Shown one piece after another: positions 1-8,157 of a stretch of DNA of 64,000 nucleotides (positions are counted from its first letter, which is position 1; every line of letters begins with the position of its first letter). A model generated the notes under the pieces. The model ran no database searches and was not told the origin of the DNA. It saw only the letters and a list, made by a program, of their open reading frames with translations. The stretch comes from an uncultured Chloroflexia bacterium (GTDB lineage: Bacteria; Chloroflexota; Dehalococcoidia; SM23-28-2). A program made the translations under genes and the position numbers. Location: assembly GCA_963701285.1 (NCBI GenBank), contig OY969584.1:434131-498130 (forward strand). The letters run 5' to 3'.

Positions 1-7
1 GATAGCA

Positions 8-844
8 GTGTGGGACGGCGCGAGCGGCACGGCGGCCGGCGATGCGCTGACGACGTGCGGGGCGGGAGCGGTGGACGCCGCCTACGCCCTCGACCCGGAG
101 ACGGGCGCGTGGTCGCGCTGGTTTCCCGGCGAGCCGGACGTGAGCAACCTGCCGCCGTTGAACGACATGCAGGGCGTTCTGGCGTTGGGCTCGGCCACCG
201 GGCCGCCAGCGACCCCGACGGCGACTCCGACGGCGACTCCCACGGCGACTGCGACGCCCACGCCTGCTCCAATCGTGTTTACGGGTCAAGGGGACAAAAA
301 CACCCCCGTCTTCTCGGTGGGCACTTGGAGCTTCACAGTCAAGTGGACGACCGCCTCCCACGACCCGGAGTACGCGGTTTTCGGGTTTTTCGTCTATCCT
401 GAGGGTGAGACGGCGGGCTATATATGCGAGGCCGGTTTTGACGGCGTTGGCAGCGACAGCACGGTCTGCCGTGGCGGGCCCGGCAAGTTGTACATCACGG
501 TGCTGGCAGCCAACCTGAGTTCCTGGCGGATCGAGATCACCGGACCGCCGGACGTCGCCAGCCTCCCCGCCACGTTTGCCGGTCGGGGGGACAAGGACAC
601 TCCCGCGTTCCGCGTTACCGGATCGAGCTTCACGGTCAGGTGGACGACCGCCTCCGACAGCCCGGAGTACGCAAGCTTCGGGTTTTTCGTCTATCCTGAG
701 GGCGAGACGGTGGGCTATATATGCGAGGCCAACTTCGACGGCGTTGGCAGCGACAGCACCACCTGCTACGCGGGACCTGGGGAGTACTACGCTGTGGTGC
801 TGGCAGCAAATCTCACTTCCTGGAAGCTGGACATCAAGCAGTAG
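8..844 (+). CDS. Surface/secreted protein, 5'-truncated by the window edge; PT-rich linker followed by two tandem ~90-aa beta-rich domains
   Basis: Open frame from the window start; ATPTATPTATP linker; two near-identical repeats (F.G.GDK.TP.F...FTV.WTTAS..PEYA.FGFFVYPEGET.GYICEA.FDGVGSDST.C..GPG..Y..VLAANL.SW). Confidence 0.75.
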   Translation: MWDGASGTAAGDALTTCGAGAVDAAYALDPETGAWSRWFPGEPDVSNLPPLNDMQGVLALGSATGPPATPTATPTATPTATATPTPAPIVFTGQGDKNTPVFSVGTWSFTVKWTTASHDPEYAVFGFFVYPEGETAGYICEAGFDGVGSDSTVCRGGPGKLYITVLAANLSSWRIEITGPPDVASLPATFAGRGDKDTPAFRVTGSSFTVRWTTASDSPEYASFGFFVYPEGETVGYICEANFDGVGSDSTTCYAGPGEYYAVVLAANLTSWKLDIKQ

Positions 845-974
845 TATCGGCGGCGCACGCGAGACCGCGCTAGGTCCGGGCGAGGCGCTCGCCAAACCAA
901 CTGGTCCACGCAGTCCGTCGCCTTCGCGGCTGGCGGATCGTACGCCAGAAGGCGGTGGGTCCGGTAGGCACCTT

Positions 975-2651
975 CTAAGCCGGGCGCTCGATCTCGATGG
1001 GGGGCGCCGTCCCGTCCACCGGCGACGACGGCACCTGCTGCAGGAACTGCGCCGCCAGCGCCTCCTGCTCCTTCTCCGTCGGCGGCGGGTACTCCAGACG
1101 CGGATGGTAGACCCCGCGCAGGGCAGCCCGGAACGCCTCGCCGATGGCCCGCAGCTCGCGCAGCGTCAGGTCGCAGTCGTCCAACTGGTGCTCGGCCAGG
1201 CGCTCGTTGATCACCGCCTCCACCAGCGCGTCGATCCGCTCTGGCGAGCGGTCGCGGCTGCTGCGCACCACCGCCTCCACCGAGTCGGCCAGCATAACGA
1301 TGGCCGCCTCCTTGCTCTGCGGCCGCGGCCCCGGATACCCGAACAGCTTCGAGTCGACCTCCGGGTTCTCCTGACTGGCCTTGCGGTAGAAGTAGGTCAC
1401 CAGCCGCGTCCCGTGATGCTCGGCGATGATCGACCGCACCTTGGCCGGCAGCCGGTGCTTGCGGGCCAGCTCGAGCCCGGCGTTGACGTGGGCCGACACC
1501 ACCTTCGCGCTCGTGTAGGGATCCAGCCGCTCGTGGGGGTTGCGCCCGTCGAGCTGGTTCTCGATGTAGAAGCCGGGCCGGATCAGCTTACCGATGTCGT
1601 GGAAGTAGCAGCCCACCCGCACCAGCAGCGCATCGGCCCCCACGATGTCCGCCGCCCGTTCGGCCAGATTACCCACCACCACGCTGTGGTGGAACGTACC
1701 CGGCGCCTCCGCCTGCAGGCGGCGCAGGAGCGGGTGGTTGAGCTGCGCCAGCTCCATGAGCTGGATGCGCGTAGTGATGCCGAACAGCATCCCCAGCACG
1801 ACGAAGGCGCCAACCGTGATCACCGCTGACATCAGCCCGCCCAGGGCGGTCGTCATGAGCATCCACGGCAGGTCCACCAGATCGCGCTGGGCATCGAGGA
1901 GCCAGAACATCAGCAGGACCGCGAAAGACACGAAGGCCACCGCCGCGCCCCCCACCAGGTAGCGGTTCACCCGCTCGGCGCGATGGATGGTGTAGATGCC
2001 CGCAAGGCTCCCCAGGGTGTAGACCGAGGCCATCTGGAATGCACCCAGCGGGCTGCCATCGAGCGCCGCCCGTGCGTCCGGCTGGTAGAAGCCGGCAAAG
2101 GTGGCCAGGAAGGCGAGAGCCGCCGCCACCGTGATCGCCAGGGAGGTATCCAGGAGCGAGGCCACCACCATCGGGGCGGCCGCCACCGGCAGGATGTACG
2201 CCAGATAGAGACGGTCGCTGTCTGGCAGAACCTGGGCCAGAAAGAGCCGGGCCGCCAACACCCAGAGCACGACCAGCAGGGCCAGCAGAAGCAGCCGTGG
2301 CGGGCTGGACGCCTCCTTGGGCTGGAAGAGGTAGAGATAGCCCGCCAGGGCCACCGTCCCCAGCAGGGCGGCCAGGACAGCAGCCGCCACGTCGTCGCCG
2401 CCCAGACCGGCGCCGACCAGGCCGGCGTCGCGCAGGTCCTGCATCATGGGGGCGGTGATGACCTCGCCCTCGCTGACGATGACCCGCCCCTGCGCGCTGA
2501 TGGTCTCGGCGGCCACCTGCCCTTCCTGGACATGCAGGCGGCTGGGGAACATGGGGAAGAGGATGAAGATGAGGGCTACCCCCACCACGAGCGCAAACGC
2601 CCCGGCGCGCAGTGCCGAGACCCTCCGATCGACCAGCGGTATGGCAACCAT
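975..2651 (-). CDS. Membrane HD-family phosphohydrolase (7TM-HDIG, PgpH-like)
   Basis: Multiple TM segments followed by EAPGTFHHS, YFHDIGK, EHHGT, YPGPRP and MLADSVEA motifs typical of 7TM-HD/PgpH. Confidence 0.9.
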   Translation of the reverse strand: MVAIPLVDRRVSALRAGAFALVVGVALIFILFPMFPSRLHVQEGQVAAETISAQGRVIVSEGEVITAPMMQDLRDAGLVGAGLGGDDVAAAVLAALLGTVALAGYLYLFQPKEASSPPRLLLLALLVVLWVLAARLFLAQVLPDSDRLYLAYILPVAAAPMVVASLLDTSLAITVAAALAFLATFAGFYQPDARAALDGSPLGAFQMASVYTLGSLAGIYTIHRAERVNRYLVGGAAVAFVSFAVLLMFWLLDAQRDLVDLPWMLMTTALGGLMSAVITVGAFVVLGMLFGITTRIQLMELAQLNHPLLRRLQAEAPGTFHHSVVVGNLAERAADIVGADALLVRVGCYFHDIGKLIRPGFYIENQLDGRNPHERLDPYTSAKVVSAHVNAGLELARKHRLPAKVRSIIAEHHGTRLVTYFYRKASQENPEVDSKLFGYPGPRPQSKEAAIVMLADSVEAVVRSSRDRSPERIDALVEAVINERLAEHQLDDCDLTLRELRAIGEAFRAALRGVYHPRLEYPPPTEKEQEALAAQFLQQVPSSPVDGTAPPIEIERPA

Positions 2652-2732
2652 AAAGCTCTATCCGCGCTTGTCGATCATATCAGAAGGGGATGACGGAGGA
2701 AAGAATCCGCAGGGGCGGTTCGCGAACCGCCC

Positions 2733-3182
2733 CTAGAGCTCGGCCAGAAGCTGAGTCACCACCTCGTTGATCTCGCGGCCCTCGGCGCGGCCCGCGAGCT
2801 GAGCGATGAGGACGGGCATCACCTTGCCCTTGTCGGCCGGGCCACGAGCCCCCACCTCGGCGATGACGGCACGGGCCGCCGCCACGATCTCGTCGCGGGA
2901 CACGGCCGGAGGGAGATAGGCTTGGAGGATGGCCAGCTCGGCCTCCTCCTGGGCCACCAGGTCCTGGCGGCCGCCCTTGCCGAACTGCTCGATGCTCTCG
3001 CGCCGGCGGCTTGCCTCTTTGCTGACAACCTTCAGCACGCCGGAATCATCGAGTGGGGCGCCCTGGGCTACCTCCGCATTCTTGACGGCCGCCATCACCA
3101 GGCGAATGGCAATCTTGCGGCGTTCCTCGCCGCCGCGGATGGCGTCTTTCAGGTCTTCAGCAAGCCTATCTTTGAGGGACAT
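2733..3182 (-). CDS. GatB/YqeY domain protein
   Basis: KRRESIEQF..GGRQDL..EEAEL.IL..YLP-type YqeY signature; lies directly downstream of rpsU as usual. Confidence 0.92.
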   Translation of the reverse strand: MSLKDRLAEDLKDAIRGGEERRKIAIRLVMAAVKNAEVAQGAPLDDSGVLKVVSKEASRRRESIEQFGKGGRQDLVAQEEAELAILQAYLPPAVSRDEIVAAARAVIAEVGARGPADKGKVMPVLIAQLAGRAEGREINEVVTQLLAEL

Positions 3183-3200
3183 CCAGAAAGAGCGAAGCGC

Positions 3201-3401
3201 CTAGTATCGGCTGTTATTTCGGCTGGTCTTGCGGCTCTTGCGCAGTTTCGCAGCGCGCTTCTTCTTGGCCCTGACACTGGGCGGCTCGTAGTGCTCACGC
3301 CGGCGGGCCTCGGCCAGGACGCCCGCCTGCTGCACCATCTTGTTGAACCGCTTCAGGGCTTGCTCGAAGGTCTCATTCGGACCGATGACTACTTCCGGCA
3401 A
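3201..3401 (-). CDS. rpsU: 30S ribosomal protein S21
   Basis: EQALKRF...EARRREHYEPPS motif; TTG start with a GGGAGGGG RBS. Confidence 0.95.
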   Translation of the reverse strand: MPEVVIGPNETFEQALKRFNKMVQQAGVLAEARRREHYEPPSVRAKKKRAAKLRKSRKTSRNNSRY

Positions 3402-3449
3402 ACAGTTCTCCCCCTCCCGTGGCCAGGAAATCGAGCGGCACTAGGCGAA

Positions 3450-3478
3450 ATTGTATTTGTGTCCTAGGCTACTGTCAA
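3450..3478 (-). promoter_or_regulatory. sigma70-type promoter of rpsU
   Basis: TTGACA-N17-TACAAT on the minus strand. Confidence 0.8.
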
Positions 3479-3533
3479 GCCGTTGCACTCCCCGGGCAGC
3501 GCCCCCGATGGGCCACTCAACGCGAGCCCTCCG

Positions 3534-3574
3534 CTGCCCGCTCATGGTGAGCCTTTCGAACCATGAGCGGGCAG
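3534..3574. repeat. Dispersed palindromic repeat family A (CCGCTCATGGTGAGC..TCGAACCATGAGCGG)
   Basis: Perfect 15-bp stem CTGCCCGCTCATGGT/ACCATGAGCGGGCAG; related copies at 14976, 15026, 18568, 48940 and 51821. Confidence 0.85.
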
Positions 3575-3617
3575 AAGACGGCGGACAACCACTGGCCGCG
3601 CCAACCCGCGTCTCGAC

Positions 3618-5150
3618 CTACGGCCAAACGATTCGACCGCCAACGATCGTCATCTCCGGCCGCAGGCCCAGGAGCTCCGCCGGCGGGCAAACGGTCGGGT
3701 CGCCCGACAGGATGACCAGGTCGGCCAGCCGACCGGCGGCGACGCTGCCGCGCCCCCCCTCGGCGAACGACGAGAAGGCGGCGCCCGTAGTGTACATGGC
3801 CAGCGCCTCCTCGATAGCCACGGCCTCGGCGCCGGGCAGCGGCCGGCCGCCGGCGCTGCGGCGGGCGACGGCGCCGTACAGCCCAGCGATGACGTCCGGA
3901 GTCACCACCGGACAGTCAGATCCGGCCGCCAGGCGCACGCCGGCTCGCCCCAGGGAGCGCAATGGGTACAGGCACGCCTGCTTCTCCGGCGGGACCTGGC
4001 GCAGGTAGCGCTCCCCGTTGTAGTAGAGGAAGGATGGCTGGGTCACCACCACCACGCCTGCCGCGGCTATCCGCCGCGCGAGCTCTGGCGGGCAGAGGCC
4101 GCAGTGCTCGATGCGATGGCGGTGGTCGGCGCGTGGCCGCCGGCCCAAAGCCGCCTCGTAGGCGGCCACGGCCGCGGCCACCGCCCGCTCCTCCACCGCG
4201 TGGACGGCGACCTGCCAGCCCTGGTCGTGGGCCTCGGCCACCAGGGCCGCCAGCGCCGCCTCCTCGGGATAGATCTCCTCGCCTAGCTCCCTGATCAGGA
4301 TCTTGGCCGCGCCCACACTTATCGAGCCGTCCTCCCCCACCTCGCGCCACCGCCGGCCGTCCTCCAGGTAGTCGACTCCCACCATGGCCGTGAGCCGCGG
4401 CGCAAGGTGCCCTTCCTGGCTCAGGCGGCGCATCAGCTCCCACTCGGCCGGGCCGTTGGTGTGGGTGGCGTCCACCAGCGTCGTCACGCCCGCCGCCAGG
4501 AAGCGCTGGCTGGCTAGGCGAACGCCCTCGGCCAGCTCCTCGTAGGCCAGCGGCGGCACCGCCCGCTCGACGACCTCGTTCATCTCCAGCAGCAGGCCGC
4601 TGGGCTCGCCGCTGGAGACATCGCGGTCCAGATAGCCGCCCGCCGGCTCCTCGGTGGCCACGTCGATGCCGCAAAGGCGGAGCGCCAGGCTGTTCAGCAC
4701 GCACGCATGGCCGCTGCGGTGGATAAGGCGCACCGGGTGACCGAGCGCGGCGGCGTCCAGGTCCCAGCGGGTCGGGTGGCGTCCTTCCGCCAGGTCGACC
4801 TCACTGTAGCCGACGGCGCGGATCCACCGGCCCGACGGCGCGCTCTCGGCGCGACGGCGAATGGCCGCCTGGATGTCGGCGATGGAGGAGACGGCCGCCG
4901 GGCTGCAATCCACCGAGAGGAGGCTGGCGGCGTAGGCCAGCAGGTGGCAATGGGCGTCGATGAAACCGGGCAGGACGGCGCCGCCGACGCAGTCGATCAC
5001 CTCCGTCCGTGGGTCCGCATAGGGCCGGACGTCTGCCTCCGAACCGACTCCCAGGATCCTCTCGCCCTCGACGGCGACCGCTTCCGCCCGCGGGCGGGCG
5101 GCGTCCATTGTGATGACGCGGGCATTGCGGAGGAGAAGGGTGGCGGCCAA
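3618..5150 (-). CDS. Amidohydrolase (Amidohydro_3, YtcJ-like); start uncertain
   Basis: PGFIDAHCH, VAVHAV, RHRIEHC, AAGSDCPV and G.LADLVIL motifs. Confidence 0.9.
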   Translation of the reverse strand: MAATLLLRNARVITMDAARPRAEAVAVEGERILGVGSEADVRPYADPRTEVIDCVGGAVLPGFIDAHCHLLAYAASLLSVDCSPAAVSSIADIQAAIRRRAESAPSGRWIRAVGYSEVDLAEGRHPTRWDLDAAALGHPVRLIHRSGHACVLNSLALRLCGIDVATEEPAGGYLDRDVSSGEPSGLLLEMNEVVERAVPPLAYEELAEGVRLASQRFLAAGVTTLVDATHTNGPAEWELMRRLSQEGHLAPRLTAMVGVDYLEDGRRWREVGEDGSISVGAAKILIRELGEEIYPEEAALAALVAEAHDQGWQVAVHAVEERAVAAAVAAYEAALGRRPRADHRHRIEHCGLCPPELARRIAAAGVVVVTQPSFLYYNGERYLRQVPPEKQACLYPLRSLGRAGVRLAAGSDCPVVTPDVIAGLYGAVARRSAGGRPLPGAEAVAIEEALAMYTTGAAFSSFAEGGRGSVAAGRLADLVILSGDPTVCPPAELLGLRPEMTIVGGRIVWP

Positions 5151-5169
5151 GGCTGCCCCTACAGTCGAG

Positions 5170-5856
5170 TCATCCCGCAGCAGTTGGGGGCGCGGTGCGG
5201 GCGCCCTCGCCGGCGCCGCCCGAGGCCGCAATGTCGACCAGGGTTACCACGCCGGCGCAATAGCTCTTCTTGGCCACAACGCCGGAGAATCGAAGTACCT
5301 CCCGCTCTGGCATGGGATCGGCAAGCACGGCCATCCTGCCCAGCGGTGAGAGCCAGAAGCGGAAGAACCAGCGCGCCCGCGAATAGAAGAGCAGTAGGAA
5401 GTGCCCGTCGGCTTCAAGGAAACGCTGAACGTCGTTGACGAGGGCCGCGGGTTCGCCTCCTATGTGGTCCAGAAGCCACGTGGCGACAATCACGTCGTAG
5501 CGCGCGCCGGTGTCCTCCATGGCGGTGGCGTCGGCTTGAGAGAACGTGACATCGGGCAAATCGCCGAACCTCTTCCGGGCGAGGGCCAGCATCGTCGCTG
5601 AGAAATCCACCCCTGTGTAGTGTCCGAACGGCAGGCCCTGGCGGAGCAGGCGATCCAGGTTAGCCCCTGCGCCGCAGCCCAGATCAAGGACCCTGCTTTC
5701 GGCGGTGACGTAGCGCCGGAGCAGCGCATGCAAGTCCTCCACCGCCCGTCGCGCAACGAGCAGCTCCCACACGGCCCGGAACGGGCCCCACCAGCGCCCT
5801 CCCACCCGGGTGTACAGCCGTTGTACGTCGACCCTTGTCACCCCGACCTCCCCCAA
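5170..5856 (-). CDS. Class I SAM-dependent methyltransferase
   Basis: VLDLGCGAG motif I, GVDFS, ADAT. Confidence 0.85.
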   Translation of the reverse strand: MGEVGVTRVDVQRLYTRVGGRWWGPFRAVWELLVARRAVEDLHALLRRYVTAESRVLDLGCGAGANLDRLLRQGLPFGHYTGVDFSATMLALARKRFGDLPDVTFSQADATAMEDTGARYDVIVATWLLDHIGGEPAALVNDVQRFLEADGHFLLLFYSRARWFFRFWLSPLGRMAVLADPMPEREVLRFSGVVAKKSYCAGVVTLVDIAASGGAGEGARTAPPTAAG

Positions 5857-5892
5857 TCGGGCGCGCCGTGGCTCGCGAGGGGCCGCCGGCCC

Positions 5893-6564
5893 TTACAGCA
5901 GCGTCATCTCCTGGAGGTCCGGCGGCACGATGAGCCGCGCCGGCGTCAGCGCCTGCACCTCCTCCGGCGTCCAGCCGGGCACGATCTCCCGCAGCACCAG
6001 CCCCTCGGGCGTCACGTCCATGACCCCGACGTCGGTGATGATCCGGTCGAGGCAGGCCGGCGCCGTGATCGGCGACGTGCACTCCTTGAGGATCTTCGGC
6101 TCGCCCTCCTTGGTGCTGATGGTCATGAGGGCGATGACCTTCTTGGCGCAGAAGGCCAGGTCCTGGCCCCCGCCAAGGCTGCCGATCTGCTTGCCAGGGA
6201 TGGTGTAGTTGGCCAGGTCCCCCTTCTCCGAGACCTGGAGTCCCCCCAGGATGGTGATATCGATGTGGCCGCCGCGGATGATGCACAGGCTTTCGCCGTG
6301 ATCCATGAACACCATGCCCGGCTTAGGCGACACGGGCTGCACGCCGGCGTTGATCAGGTTGACGTCGGCCTCGTCCGGGTTGTCGATGATCGGCCCGAAG
6401 CCCAGCACCCCGTTCTCCGAATGGAAGAGGATCTCGATGTCCGGCGGCACGAAGTTGCTGCACAAGGTGGGCATGCCCACCCCCAGGTTGATGACCATGC
6501 CGTCCTGGAACTCCTTGGCGGCCCGAATGGCCATGGTTTGCTCGTCCAGCCTCTCTCCCGGCAT
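5893..6564 (-). CDS. 3-oxoacid CoA-transferase subunit B
   Basis: INLGVGMPT, SENG (catalytic Glu), LGGLQVS motifs. Confidence 0.92.
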   Translation of the reverse strand: MPGERLDEQTMAIRAAKEFQDGMVINLGVGMPTLCSNFVPPDIEILFHSENGVLGFGPIIDNPDEADVNLINAGVQPVSPKPGMVFMDHGESLCIIRGGHIDITILGGLQVSEKGDLANYTIPGKQIGSLGGGQDLAFCAKKVIALMTISTKEGEPKILKECTSPITAPACLDRIITDVGVMDVTPEGLVLREIVPGWTPEEVQALTPARLIVPPDLQEMTLL

Positions 6565-6583
6565 CGTCCTGCTCCTCCGTTCC

Positions 6584-7345
6584 TCACATCGGCTCGTTCC
6601 AGGGCCGCGGTTCCGCGGGCCGCACCACGACCCGCTGCACGTAAACCCCCGGCGTGATGATGGCTTCGGGGTCCAGCTCGCCCAGCTCCACCACCTCGTC
6701 CACCTCGGCCACCGTTACCCGCGCGGCGCCGGCCATGACCGGGTTGAAGGTGCGCGAGGTGCCGCAGTAGACCAGGTTGCCATAGCGGTCGGCCTTATGG
6801 GCGCGGATGAGGGCGAAGTCGCTGGGGAGGGCGTGTTCCAGCAGGTGCTTTCGCCCGTTGAACTCGCGCACCTCTTTCCCCTTCTCCACGACAGTGCCCG
6901 CGCCCACCGGCGTGTAGAAGGCGGCGATGCCGCTCTTCGCCGCGCGGATGCGCTCGCAGAGGGTGCCCTGGCCCAGGAGCTCCAGCTCTACGTCGCCGGC
7001 CAGCACCCCCCGCTCGAAGGGGGTCAGGATGCGGGCCGGCGCCGCCGGGAACGACAGGATGCCCTTCCTCACCTGGCCGCGCTCGACCAGCAGACCCGGG
7101 TCGTACCAATCGGGAGGCATCTTCAGGATCACGGCCATGCGGGTGCGCAGGACCTCCAGGAGCTGCTCGCCCCAGCCGCCGGTGTTGCCCACGATGGTCA
7201 GCGCCTTGACCCCCTTGCGGGCCACGGCGGCGACCAGGTAGCTGGGACACTCGCCGGGCCCGCCGAAGCCGCCGATAAGGACGGTCGAACCGTCGGCCAT
7301 GTCGCCCACGGCTTCGTCGAAGCTGCCCACGATCTTGTTTATCAT
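6584..7345 (-). CDS. 3-oxoacid CoA-transferase subunit A
   Basis: GGFGGPG.P, QGTLCERIRA, FYTPVGAGT and KADRYGNL motifs; adjacent to subunit B. Confidence 0.92.
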   Translation of the reverse strand: MINKIVGSFDEAVGDMADGSTVLIGGFGGPGECPSYLVAAVARKGVKALTIVGNTGGWGEQLLEVLRTRMAVILKMPPDWYDPGLLVERGQVRKGILSFPAAPARILTPFERGVLAGDVELELLGQGTLCERIRAAKSGIAAFYTPVGAGTVVEKGKEVREFNGRKHLLEHALPSDFALIRAHKADRYGNLVYCGTSRTFNPVMAGAARVTVAEVDEVVELGELDPEAIITPGVYVQRVVVRPAEPRPWNEPM

Positions 7346-7397
7346 CAGCGCCGCCCTCCCCTCATGGGAATCCTGCCTGCCGGCGGTGAAACACCCA

Positions 7398-7445
7398 TAG
7401 GATGGGGGAAAGGCTTTGACCTGTCAAGAAAGGATATACTACGAT
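7398..7445. promoter_or_regulatory. Overlapping divergent promoters (CoA-transferase on minus, FTR on plus)
   Basis: TTGACCTGTCAA provides back-to-back -35 boxes; plus strand TTGACC-N18-TACGAT, minus strand TTGACA-N17-CATCCT. Confidence 0.5.
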
Positions 7446-7468
7446 CTACTTGGCTAGAGAGGAACACC

Positions 7469-7894
7469 ATGCCCGATAAGACCATCACCTTCGAAGAGGC
7501 CCTCCAGCGGGCCAAGCGCATGTCCGAGCGCTACGTGGAGCGGGGGCCCTACCGCTTCTTCCCCCAGCCGGAGATCGTCGATGAGGTGCAGGGGGGGCTG
7601 GCCAAGAACCTGGTCGCCCACGGCCACCTGTTCTGCCCCTGAATGACCCTCAGCGGCGATCCCGTGGAGGATCGCAAGAAGATCTGCCCCTGCGAGCGCC
7701 ATCACGAGGACATCGCCCGTGACGGCTACTGCATCTGAATGTTCTTTGTGAGCGAAGAGTTTCTTCGCCGCTACGAGGAGACGGGGGAGGTCACCCCCAG
7801 CACCCTGGGCGAGGTCGCCCCCCTCGGCGAGAGCCTCTTCCCCGCCGGCGCGGAGGCCGAGCGCCTGCCCAAGAGCAAACGCGGGCCCCGCTGA
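7469..7894 (+). CDS. ftrC: Ferredoxin:thioredoxin reductase catalytic subunit-like protein with two in-frame UGA codons (predicted selenoprotein, 141 aa)
   Basis: ATG at 7469 with a GAGAGGA RBS; translates MPDK...GLAKNLVAHGHLFCP-U58-MTLSGDPVEDRKKICPCERHHEDIARDGYCI-U90-MFFVSEEF...; matches the FTR CPC/CPC/CHC triad with TGA at 7640 and 7736; a hairpin follows each TGA. Confidence 0.88.
7656..7675 (+). promoter_or_regulatory. Putative bacterial SECIS element for UGA 7640-7642
   Basis: GCGATCC-CGTGGA-GGATCGC, a perfect 7-bp stem starting 13 nt after the UGA, with GU in the loop. Confidence 0.75.
7752..7768 (+). promoter_or_regulatory. Putative bacterial SECIS element for UGA 7736-7738
   Basis: GCGAAGA-GTT-TCTTCGC, a perfect 7-bp stem starting 13 nt after the UGA, with GU in the loop. 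Confidence 0.75.
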
Positions 7895-7901
7895 GCAACT
7901 G

Positions 7902-7927
7902 GTAGGGGCGCAGCGAGCAGCGCCCCG
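7902..7927. repeat. GTAG-type REP-like palindrome
   Basis: GTAGGGGCGC...GCGCCCCG hairpin directly after the FTR stop codon. Confidence 0.5.
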
Positions 7928-7938
7928 TTGGGCCGCCC

Positions 7939-7979
7939 CAAACACAAACAAAGGCCGCTGAGGGCCTCTCAGCGGCCTT
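7939..7979 (-). terminator. Rho-independent terminator (possibly bidirectional) between the FTR gene and the desulforedoxin-like pair
   Basis: 12-bp stem AAGGCCGCTGAG/CTCAGCGGCCTT followed on the minus strand by TGTTTGTGTTTG. Confidence 0.8.
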
Positions 7980-8001
7980 CTCCGTTGTCGCAGGGCCGGC
8001 C

Positions 8002-8145
8002 TTAGTCAGCCGAGGGCAGAACCTTGGGCTGGAGCAGCTTCATAGGGGTGCCGCAACAGTTCACACTGCCCTCGCCCGGCTTGATGCACAGCACCTCGGT
8101 GCCGCAGACCTCACACTGGAATCGCTTTCCCAGCTGGTTTGGCAT
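8002..8145 (-). CDS. Desulforedoxin-like small iron/zinc protein (47 aa), absent from the ORF track
   Basis: MPNQLGKRFQCEVCGTEVLCIKPGEGSVNCCGTPMKLLQPKVLPSAD; CxxC...CC as in desulforedoxin; GGAGGTGG RBS. Confidence 0.85.
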   Translation of the reverse strand: MPNQLGKRFQCEVCGTEVLCIKPGEGSVNCCGTPMKLLQPKVLPSAD

Positions 8146-8157
8146 GCTCCACCTCCG

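Noticed and set aside
845-974. Hairpin-rich spacer between the first gene and the HD gene as an ncRNA
   Set aside because: Only one irregular GC-rich stem between convergent genes, which is compatible with a terminator or with chance.
7640-7738. Genome-wide UGA reassignment (code 4 or 25) as the explanation for the FTR in-frame UGAs
   Set aside because: TGA ends many genes here at their expected C-termini (Trm112-like, folP, ychF, ATGA overlaps), and Trp is encoded by TGG.
7643-7894. FTR as three separate mini-ORFs restarting at the ATG after each TGA
   Set aside because: The fragments would each lose the catalytic residue and split the cluster ligands; there is no RBS before these ATGs, while SECIS-like hairpins follow both.
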